20,000 nucleotides of DNA from an uncultured virus (IMG/VR IMGVR_UViG_2061766007_000155) (Duplodnaviria; Heunggongvirae; Uroviricota; Caudoviricetes): the IMG/VR virus record IMGVR_UViG_2061766007_000155. One strand, given 5' to 3'. The notes beneath the pieces are model-generated. The model did no database searches, had not been told where the DNA came from, and was given only the letters and a program-made list of their open reading frames with translations. Positions 1-8,700 of the stretch are shown here, piece after piece; the stretch's first letter is position 1, and each line of letters opens with the position of its first letter. A program made the position numbers and the translations under genes.

Positions 1-1
1 C

Positions 2-307
2 CGTGCCGCGTCCGTATGGAACTACCTCATCGAGAACGACCCGGTGCTGTCCAAGGAGCCGTACGAGCCGATTACGGCCGGCGAGAAGATGAAATTTCTA
101 AAGAAAGCGGACGAGGACTATGGTGTTAGCATCATCTGCTATACCGGAAACGAATGCCCGCAGCGTCTTATCGACCTGTTCCATATCAACTGGGATGAGC
201 AGTGGAAGGTTTCCGTTGCCCAGATTCTCGGCCGTCTGTTCACTGCAGTCGGCTGGCCGGAAGAACTGGAATATGACGAGAGCGACGCGATGCTCGAACT
301 GATTTAG
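2..307 (+). CDS. polB: Family B DNA polymerase, C-terminal end (T4 gp43-like); runs off the window's 5' edge
   Basis: Frame open from base 2: RAASVWNYLIENDPVLSKEPYEPITAGEKMKFLK...INWDEQWKVSVAQILGRLFTAVGW resembles the PolB thumb pattern (RAA..YN..L...Y..I..GEK.K...IDY...F...L......GW); T4-like replication genes follow. Confidence 0.8.
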   Translation, partial: RAASVWNYLIENDPVLSKEPYEPITAGEKMKFLKKADEDYGVSIICYTGNECPQRLIDLFHINWDEQWKVSVAQILGRLFTAVGWPEELEYDESDAMLELI

Positions 308-315
308 GAGACATT

Positions 316-833
316 ATGAGCGAATTTAAGATAGAGGTGCTGAAGCACCCTACTGAAGAGGATTGGCAGTGGGTGAAGCTGCTGGCGTTGAATACGATGG
401 GAAAGGGCTATATGATGGACAAGGAAATGTCCCTCGAGCTGAAACGTAAATACCTGAAATCCGACCATTCACCTATCCGTACGTTGACATTTATCATCAA
501 GATGGAAATTCCGTACTGTGATTCCGTATGCTTTGTCCGGCACAAGACTGGTGTTGAACACTTCGTTCAGTCACAACGTAACGACCGTCAGGACAAGTAC
601 GACCGGTATGCCGCTCCGCAGGGTGCACTTGTATCCCATATCATGTATGTCAATGCCCCGGAACTGATATTCATGGCCCGTCGTAGATTGTGCGGTAAGG
701 CCTCCGTGAACTGCCAGAAAATTATGCGGGAGATAGTCAAGCAGGTCATTGCAACGAACCCGGAATTTGACGGGCTTCTTGTGCCGAACTGCCAGTATCT
801 CCACGAATGTCCCGAGTTCCAATCATGTGGCCG
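316..833 (+). CDS. thyX: Flavin-dependent thymidylate synthase ThyX, allele A (truncated by N-gap)
   Basis: HSPIR, RHKTGVEHFVQSQR (variant of the RHRx7-8SxR ThyX motif), RRRLC and C-terminal PNC..L..CPE..SCG; AGGAG RBS upstream. Confidence 0.85.
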
Positions 834-843
834 NNNNNNNNNN

Positions 844-1192
844 CCATTTCCGCACCCATAAGTTTGGTGTGGAACATTTCGTGCAGTCGCAGAGGAATGA
901 CCGTCAGGACAACTATGACCGCCGGAAGGCGCCCCAGGATTCTCCGGTGTCGCATATCATGTACATCGACGCCCCGGAGCTGATGTACATCGCCAGGAAG
1001 CGCCTCTGCGGCAAGGCCGATGTCGATACACAGAAGGTTATGCGTGCAATAGTGCGGGAAGTGCTAAAGACTAACCCGGAGTTCGCCGATGTCCTGGTCC
1101 CGAACTGCCAGTATCTCCACGAATGTCCCGAGTTCCAATCATGTGGCCGCTGGCCGGTCAAGGAAAAGGAGGAAAAATCCGATGACAAGTAA
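844..1192 (+). CDS. thyX: ThyX, divergent allele or paralogue B (C-terminal part)
   Basis: HFRTHKFGVEHFVQSQR...PNCQYLHECPEFQSCGRW; 73 of 101 aligned residues identical to allele A; 1100-1149 identical to 784-833. Confidence 0.8.
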
Positions 1193-1259
1193 ATCGACAA
1201 AGTCCGGCATATGGCGGAAAGATTCGATGACAAGTAAAATGACAAAGTCAGGCAAATGG
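1180..1259 (+). repeat. Imperfect tandem duplication, period 45 bp
   Basis: cgatgacaagtaaatcgacaaagtccggcatatgg vs cgatgacaagtaaaatgacaaagtcaggcaaatgg, with no N-gap between them. Confidence 0.75.
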
Positions 1260-1514
1260 ATGGTCGACATGGTGTTCCATGCATGTATTGCGGCATTCTT
1301 CCTGGAAATTGCCATTGTGTTTCTGGCAAACTATGTGGTCAATATCATGGAACCTACTGTCCGTGCTAACATGGAAGCGTTTGATATTGCCGGAAACATG
1401 CTGTTGACAATAGCGGCGTTAACGGCATCCGCCTACAATGCTTTCATGTCGTTGCACAGGTTCCTCCTGTGGCATAACTACTGGAAAGACCTCAGGAATG
1501 TATTGGATGACTAG
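1182..1514 (+). CDS. Small membrane protein with two predicted TM helices
   Basis: ATG at 1182 (or 1227) after AGGAGG; hydrophobic stretches MVFHACIAAFFLEIAIVFLANYVV and MLLTIAALTASAYNAFMSL. Confidence 0.6.
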   Translation: MTSKSTKSGIWRKDSMTSKMTKSGKWMVDMVFHACIAAFFLEIAIVFLANYVVNIMEPTVRANMEAFDIAGNMLLTIAALTASAYNAFMSLHRFLLWHNYWKDLRNVLDD

Positions 1515-1985
1515 GATGCCGGCGCGTCCGTAGAAGCGTTTACGTTCTGCGGGCCGGTTCCACCCCACATACCGAGCGATGTGCGTCCCGGGTTCACAAC
1601 CGGACCAGCTCCGCGTCCGAACCTGGAAGCATAGGAATTCTGCATTAGNNNNNNNNNNGACGTTCTGCGGGCCGGTCCCGCCCCACATGCCGAGCGATGT
1701 GCGTCCCGGGTTCACGACCGGGCCAGCTCCGCGTCCGAACCTGGAAGCATAGGAATTCTGCATTAGAGCCGCCACTGTTTCATCTTCTGGCGGTTCTTTG
1801 TCGTTTGCCAGGTTCTCGTTTGGAACGATACCCTGCTGACAGGTACCCGGCTGTGCTGCAATCTGCTTAACGTTGATGTCGGTGGCGGAATTTTCGAAAA
1901 GTCCACGGTAAATACCTGTAACCTGTTCGTAAAGTTCCCGGTCTGAGCCGGTAATTCGCCTGATAAATTTCGCCATCGTTTTCAT
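1511..1985 (-). CDS. Hypothetical protein, possibly a late/virion protein; 3' part duplicated across the N-gap
   Basis: MKTMAKFIRRITG...GPQNV; the copy at 1511-1648 completes it as ...GPQNVNASTDAPAS-stop (TAG at 1513-1511); ATAAACT motif just upstream. Confidence 0.65.
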
Positions 1986-1992
1986 AATAGGC

Positions 1993-2009
1993 AGTTTATT
2001 GCTATATTT
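1993..2009. promoter_or_regulatory. Overlapping divergent promoter-like motifs: ATAAACT (minus) and TTGCTATATTT (plus)
   Basis: agtttat at 1993-1999 and ttgctatattt at 1999-2009; both recur upstream of other genes in the window. Confidence 0.6.
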
Positions 2010-2027
2010 AAGTAAAAGGAATGACTT

Positions 2028-3285
2028 ATGGCTGACGAATTAGACTTGATTACAGGCATGCCGGTTCAGGCTAGTGCCGAAGTTGATATATCCGATGACC
2101 GTACCCTGGCTTGGGTAGAGAAGCACCGTGGCAGGAACCTGGATGAGATTATTCTTCCAAAGAAACTCGATACCATAGTCCGCAATGCCCTCAGGCTTGG
2201 CGGTTACAACAACTACATATTCCACTCCGGCGTACCGGGGACAGGCAAGACCAGTCTGGCCGAGGCTTTCCCGCTTATGCTCGGTGCCGAGCGTGTAGTC
2301 CTGTATGCACAGAGGGACTCCGAAATCCTTGACAGCATCGAGGAAGGCGGCATGTACCGTTCCGGTAACGGGCTTCCGAAGTATTACGTTATTGATGAAG
2401 CCGACCACCCCAGCAACCCCGAGAGCTTCTACCGTAAGCTCCAGTCACTTATCGAGGCNNNNNNNNNNCCTTGACAGCATCGAGGAAGGCGGCATGTACC
2501 GCTCCGGTAACGGGCTCCCGAAGTATTACGTGATTGATGAAGCTGACCATCCCAGCAACCCCGAGAGCTTCTACCGTAAGCTCCAGTCACTTATCGAGGC
2601 AACCTCGTCCAACCTCCGCTTTATCCTTACCTGTAACGAGATTTGGCGAATCCCCGATGCCATCAGGTCACGCTGTACCCCGATTGCGTTCGACCATCCA
2701 GGCGATGACAGCGAGTACAAGAAGCGCATCTTCAAGCGACTCAAGCATATCGCACTCGAGGAGACCAAGTTCACCGGCGGTACAGTCTCCAAGGATACCC
2801 TGGTGGAGACAATCCAGGCATGCTACCCGGACATCCGTTCGATGATTAACGCGATGCACCTTACGTTCCTCGAGAACAACGGAAGCATCGTCGGCCACCC
2901 GAACGTCATCCGCGAGGAGACCATCAAGAACATCTACCAGCTGACCATCATGATGGACCCGAGGAAGCTCCGGTATTTCATCTCGGCCAACATAAACGAC
3001 TTCCGCAGCGTATACATCCCGTTCGGCCTGTACTTCATGAACCGCATCCCGCTTCCGACCAACGGGCAGATTGACTTCATGTACATCCAGTTTGCCTCCA
3101 TGCTCGGCAAGGCCGTCCGCGCCACTCAGTCCCAGGTGAACCAGGAGGTGACGCTAATGGAATTCCTTTCGGATGTCATGATGATGATTGCCCAGTGCCA
3201 GATGATTGGCAAGATGCCGTTGGACCCGGTGCAGCAGCCGGTCCAGGCGGAACAACCGGTACAGCAGGTGCAGAATGGCGTTTGA
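2028..3285 (+). CDS. gp44: Clamp loader AAA+ large subunit (T4 gp44/RFC-like); ~130 bp duplicated across the N-gap at 2459-2468
   Basis: WVEKHR (RFC box), Walker A GVPGTGKT, Walker B VIDEAD, FILTCN, IRSRC arginine-finger motif, PDIRSMIN. Confidence 0.92.
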
Positions 3286-3748
3286 CCCGTTCAGGTTTCT
3301 GGAGGAGCGAAGACAGGGGCTCCCGGTGACGGAACTCGACAAGGACGAGTTCCAGCTGTACAACGTCGTCCAGGCCATATCTATGGACCAGAAAATGCGC
3401 AAGGTCGCCCACGAGTTCAACGAACTCTCGTTCTCCCATCTTCCGAAGGACATACAGGCCATGGCCATGCAGGGACTCAACCGTGTCCGCATGGATACCC
3501 GGTGGTGCAGGGCCAAGGGTAGCGCCATCAAGGAGAAGAAGGAACAGATTGAGCATATCATGAAGGTTACCGGTCTCAGCAACAACGACGTGGTCCGCAG
3601 CATGCGCTACGGAGTGTTCGACCTGGAAAAGATAGAGGAGCAGTACATAAGGGTGTTCGAGCCCGAAAAGCTGCTGGAGCTTTATGGCAAGAAGAAAACA
3701 ACCAACAGAAAAGTCCACGCAGCCAAAGTCAACGGAAAGGGGAAGTAG
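3275..3748 (+). CDS. gp62: Clamp loader small subunit (T4 gp62-like)
   Basis: Overlaps the end of gp44 as in T4-like phages; 157 aa; FQLYNVVQAISMD...AHEFN...LPKDIQ...RW.RAK resembles the gp62 pattern. Confidence 0.75.
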   Translation: MAFDPFRFLEERRQGLPVTELDKDEFQLYNVVQAISMDQKMRKVAHEFNELSFSHLPKDIQAMAMQGLNRVRMDTRWCRAKGSAIKEKKEQIEHIMKVTGLSNNDVVRSMRYGVFDLEKIEEQYIRVFEPEKLLELYGKKKTTNRKVHAAKVNGKGK

Positions 3749-3749
3749 C

Positions 3750-3965
3750 GTGGACGAGAACGTCAGGTTCATGATGGAGAAGTTCGGCCTGGACGAGGAG
3801 AAGGCCCGCCTGGCAATAGAGAAGGGCTTCCGAGTGGAAGCCCTCCGCGACGGCTCTGCAATGCGTCAGTTTGTCGAGGATTCCGGTATCGCCGCCGGGG
3901 TGAACCGGGTGAAGCGGGAGATATCGAAGGCCACTAAATCATCCCGAGAAGGGTCTCCAGGATAG
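3750..3965 (+). CDS. Small hypothetical protein (71 aa)
   Basis: GTG start 1 nt after the gp62 stop; codon usage like its neighbours; 3' end overlaps the convergent gene by 32 nt. Confidence 0.55.
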   Translation: MDENVRFMMEKFGLDEEKARLAIEKGFRVEALRDGSAMRQFVEDSGIAAGVNRVKREISKATKSSREGSPG

Positions 3966-4836
3966 GCGACTCCTTGTCGTCCTTTTCAGTCGGCTTGCCG
4001 TTGGCGGCAGCCTGCGCGACCGGTGCGGCCGCGCTTATTTCTTTTTCTGAGCCCGGCGCAGGCTTTTCCGGTGCGGCCCCGGCGTTGACCGCGTCCTGCT
4101 GCTTCTGCGCAGTGGAGAGGTCCGGGGTGTCCGGGAGGTTCGACTGGGGTTCCTGCTGGACCGCCCCGGGGTTGACCTGGCCGTCCGGGCCGACCCCGTT
4201 CTGCTGGTCGACGGCCATGAGCTGTTCGTCGGTGACGGGCATCTGCGGGGTGTTGTCCACCGGGGGTTCCACGGCCGGTTCCGAGCCGAACGCGTACAGC
4301 ATCTGCTGCAGCCTCTCGTCGGGTGCGGCGTCGCCGTCCCCGTTGGCGAAGTCTACCAGGTAGTCCATCGGTGTCTTCTGGAGGGCGTCCTTGCATACCC
4401 AGGCGTTCCCCTCGACCTTGGAGTTCACGTTGTTGGGTATGGTCATCTCTATATAGCTCATGTTCTTGTCCAGGAGCTTCTGGATGAGGTCGTAGTTCAC
4501 CATCTGGGTGAACCGGCCAGTCGCGGCGAACACCAGCGAGTGCAGAACGGACTCGCCCTTCGAGTTGGTGCAGGTGAGGATTAGCGGGTCGATTTCCAGC
4601 AGGGTGTCGACCATGTTGTCCGCCCACATGTGGAGGGTGGTCGTCCATTCACCGTCGCCGAGGCTTACCCGGCGGGTGAACTGCATCGGGAACTGCCGGA
4701 GTGCCTGGCGGTTCTTCTCAGAGATTACCTCAACCTTCTTGTTGAGGAGGTCCTGGATACCCTCGATGAGGGCCAGTTCGTCCGGATAGGCGTCCTTCAG
4801 GCCGTTTATTCTCCTGTTGAGTTCCCTTTTGTCCAT
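3934..4836 (-). CDS. Ankyrin-repeat-like protein with an acidic Pro/Ala/Gln-rich tail
   Basis: GEWTTTLHMWA, NSKGESVLHSLV..YDLIQKLLD and DALQKTPMDYL resemble the ANK consensus G.TPLH.A...V..LL; low-complexity C-terminal ~110 aa; GGGGGT RBS. Confidence 0.6.
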   Translation of the reverse strand: MDKRELNRRINGLKDAYPDELALIEGIQDLLNKKVEVISEKNRQALRQFPMQFTRRVSLGDGEWTTTLHMWADNMVDTLLEIDPLILTCTNSKGESVLHSLVFAATGRFTQMVNYDLIQKLLDKNMSYIEMTIPNNVNSKVEGNAWVCKDALQKTPMDYLVDFANGDGDAAPDERLQQMLYAFGSEPAVEPPVDNTPQMPVTDEQLMAVDQQNGVGPDGQVNPGAVQQEPQSNLPDTPDLSTAQKQQDAVNAGAAPEKPAPGSEKEISAAAPVAQAAANGKPTEKDDKESPILETLLGMI

Positions 4837-4869
4837 ATATTCTACCCCCGATTTGGGCCGTTTTTACCA

Positions 4870-4924
4870 AGTTTATTGCCTTTTGCCCCGAAAAGTGGAA
4901 AAAAATGTGACCACGGCATAAACT
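4870..4924. promoter_or_regulatory. Back-to-back ATAAACT motifs (putative late promoters)
   Basis: agtttat at 4870-4876 (minus strand GCAATAAACT) and gcATAAACT at 4918-4924 upstream of the sheath gene; resembles the T4 late promoter TATAAATA. Confidence 0.55.
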
Positions 4925-4960
4925 TCCGCCAGAATATTTAACCAAACCGTGAGGTAGATT

Positions 4961-5715
4961 ATGGCAACACGTATGGGAGCGCCCGGGGTACGCATTGAAC
5001 TCCACGACCGTTCCGGATATAGCCTGGTCGAGAACCCGAATGCGACTGCCGGTGTCGTTGGTTTCGCCCCGAGGGGCGAGCTGAACAAGATTCAGCTCCT
5101 TACCAACACCGCCCAGCAGGACACGTATTTTGGCCTCGGATTCAACAACAGTCGTTACAACCAGGGCATGTACGCGGCCCGCGCAGTCTTGAACGCGGGT
5201 GGCTACGTCGAGTTTGTGCGTCCATACGGCGAGGAAATCGACCGTACCGACGACTTCAAGCGTGACCTGAAGACGGATACCTTCGTGGTGTCCTTCGACC
5301 GTAACGCGGTCAACAACCCGGAAAACACGGCAAAGACCTCCATGAAGGTGGACTTCTTCGCCTCCACGAGGTACAAGACCGACGGTGCGGCAAGGTACGG
5401 CGTTACGCGTAAGATTAACAACGTCGCCGAGACCATCGTCAACAACAGCAACGTGAACTTCAACGTCGACGCTGCCGACGATGTGTTCAACGACAAGAAG
5501 AACTACGTCAGCAAGGGCGGTTCCGCACGTGGCGAGACCGACATGGTCATGTTCGCGTTGATGAACGCCGACCCGAGCGGTGCAAACCGTGCCTACACCA
5601 GCTTCGAAGTGGATACTGATTGGGACGGCATGGATGAATCTCATCGTGCGAATGGCGAGCTTACTGTCTTGCTTAAGGGTAAGGTCGGGTTTGCGGTAGA
5701 TGATATCGTATATGG
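4961..5715 (+). CDS. Tail sheath N-terminal fragment
   Basis: Conserved sheath N-terminal motif PGV.I...D.S; ends GFAVDDIVYG at an N-gap. Confidence 0.9.
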
Positions 5716-8700
5716 NNNNNNNNNNCAAGCGACTCATCTTTCTTCGGATTCCAGCTAAGGTACTTGAATGCTGCGGAATCATCCGATGCTACAAATACGC
5801 CATCAACAGCGACTGCAGGGGTAGTATTCTGAACATTGACCGGCACCATGACCGTGTAGTTGCCAATCATGTAGATGTCAGCGAACCCTTCAGTTACGGT
5901 AACCGTCAGGCCAGTAACATCAGACGTAGATGCTGTCGGAGGAACNNNNNNNNNNCCTGGATACGGACATGGAGGACGACGCTAATCGTGCTTCCGGCGA
6001 ACTTACCGTCGTTACCAAGGGCAAGGTCGGCTTCGCCATCGACGATATCGTCTACGGCCCGGCTTCCGGCCATGTTACCACAATCAGCACGTTCCGCGTA
6101 ACCAACATCGTGGACAAGATTGTTACGCTCAAGGCCGAGGACGAGCAGACCAAGACCAACCTGAATCTCAACTATAGTCCTAAAACGCTCCTCTATCACG
6201 ATGACGCCAACGCCATCGCCGACGGGTATGACTACCTGTCCGTCAAGACGGCAGTTGCCGGCCAGGGTGCCAAGACGTTCGGCTCCCTCCATCTCGACGA
6301 GGAAGGGCTCGCAAAGCTCAAGGCAATCCCGTCCGGAAGCTCCATCGTATTCCACGACCAGGACTCCAACGACGTGTATGTCCGCGTGGCCACCAAGGCG
6401 ACGATGAGTGGTACCATCTCCGCCGGCAGCGGCCAGGTCGCTACGGCAACGGTTGCTGCACCCGATTCCATCTGGGTCGGCGATACGATTATCGTCGGGT
6501 GGGATGACAAGTCCGCCAAGTTCAAGGTTACCGGNNNNNNNNNNCGATTCGTTTCGTGTACCCTCAAGGTCAAACCCAGCAATTAACCGAATAGTATAAA
6601 TACCGTCTTCAATCTTGACAACGGTACCATCGAGTGTCGTACCGGTCGCGGCGAAGGTTGCCGTTGCAGGTTGGTTCACCTTCAAATGCTTCGCGGTCGT
6701 AGTCGCCTTGACATCAATGTTTTTAACCGTGTACACCGGCATCACATCATCTTCAGCAGGAGTCTTAACAGCAGTCCTGAATGTCGTGCCGGTAATCTCT
6801 GCTGTAGCACCAGCTATCGTTGCCGCAACAGTGCCAGACGGCTGTTCGGTATCAGACGTTGGACGTTCACCTTCAGCATACGTGACAGTGAATTTTCCAT
6901 CATCGCCAACCGTAGCTGTCTTAGTGAAGCCCCCATTGTAAGTCACCGTAATTTCATCACCAGCCGNNNNNNNNNNCCAGGACGGAGAAACATTCCAGCT
7001 TACCTATGCCGGTGAAGATACCCTTGACCAGAGCATTTTTGCCGCCACCGAATTGACTATTGACAATACCGTTGCATCCACATGGGTCGACAGTGTCGGC
7101 ACGAAGGTGCTTACTGTCGGTAAAGAATCTACGGTCGCTGACGTGACCAACGACCTCGTCGCAATCATGCGCGGTGAGGAACTCGGTTACGGGCATGCAA
7201 ACATTCTCGGTGACATCGCCAAGAATGAAGACGGCACGCTCAGCATCAGCGAAGACAAGACCAGCGTCAAGCTCGCCCCGGGTGGCGCGCTCGAGTTCGT
7301 CACCGACGACATCGTTGCGATTACCCGCGCAAGCGTGGANNNNNNNNNNCGGTCGCAGTCATTGTTGCAGGAGAAGTGCATGTATCGGTAGACGCATACA
7401 CGACCTTGTTAGTCTGGGTCAAGTTGAGAAGCTGGAAGTTGAGTTCCGTGGCATCCACTGGAATTGTGTCAGAGACAATAGCATCGTAGAACTCGACCGT
7501 GTCCGTAATCGGGTCAGACTGCTTTACCTTACCAATCCACAGTATGTTGTCACCATCAAGGCCACTATCCTGACCTTCGGCAACGTTGAGGTTAACACTG
7601 GCACGAGTAATCGCGACAATGTCGTCGGTGACAAACTCGAGAGCGCCACCCGGTGTAAGCTTGAGCGTCTTCGAATCATAATCGATAGCCAGCTTTCCAT
7701 CAGTGTCCTTAGCTATATCACCGAGGATGTTGGCATATCCGTACCCGAGTTCCTCAGCACGCATAATGTCAACAATGTCGCTTGTCACGGAAGCCACAGT
7801 CGCATTATCTGCAACCGANNNNNNNNNNNNNNNNNNNNNTCAACCCAGTTGGCTGGCTGGACGTTCTTCAGGGTCCATTCCGTTGCATCGAAGATAGCCT
7901 CATCGAGAGCGCCTTCCCCATCGTAGGCAACCTGGAATTCAGAACCATCCTGACCAGTCACCTTGAAACGGTCAGTTTTGGTGGTAGTCTCAGTAGGTTT
8001 CCATACGATATCGACCTTATCACCAACCCACACCGCATCGGGGTCATCCACCGTTACAATGATAACATTATCGGCCTTTGACAGCGTAGCCTTCGTACCA
8101 GTAGTGTTAGCAATACGGACATAGACGTCGTTCGACTCCTGGTCATGGAACACAATGGAGCTACCGGACGGTATCGACTTCAGCACAGCCAGACCATCCT
8201 CGTTGAGGTGGAGTGAGCCGAAGGTCTTCGCACCCTGTCCGGCTACAGCAGTCTTGACGGTCAAATAATCATAGCCATCGGCAACCGCATTAGCATCATC
8301 GTGATACAGGAGAGTGGGGGGAACATAGCCAAGTGTTGCCACGTTGGTCTTCGTCTTGTCATCCTCCGCCTTCAAGGAAACTTCCTTGTCGACTATATTT
8401 GTCACGCGGAACGCACTCAGTGCAGTAGTCCGGCCTGCGGCAGGTCCATATACGATATCATCTACNNNNNNNNNNCCCGGACGGTGCAACCAAGCTCAAT
8501 TTCCAGTTGCTCAACCTGACACAGACGAACAAGGTAGTGTATGCCGCGACCGATACGTGCAAGACTCCTGCCGACTTGACTGTTTCAGCAGTTACCGGCA
8601 CGCCGACTTACACCAAGAAGACCGCCGGCAGTCTGGCCGTCTACAAGGTCATCGACATTAAGGGTACCGTAACGGATACGGGTTCGTTCACCGCAGACGA

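Noticed and set aside
2329..2599. Frameshift, intron or intein in the clamp loader
   Set aside because: The same ~130 bp appears on both sides of a 10 N gap with only a few SNPs
3750..3965. regA translational repressor, expected after gp62 in T4
   Set aside because: Too short and no recognisable RegA sequence features
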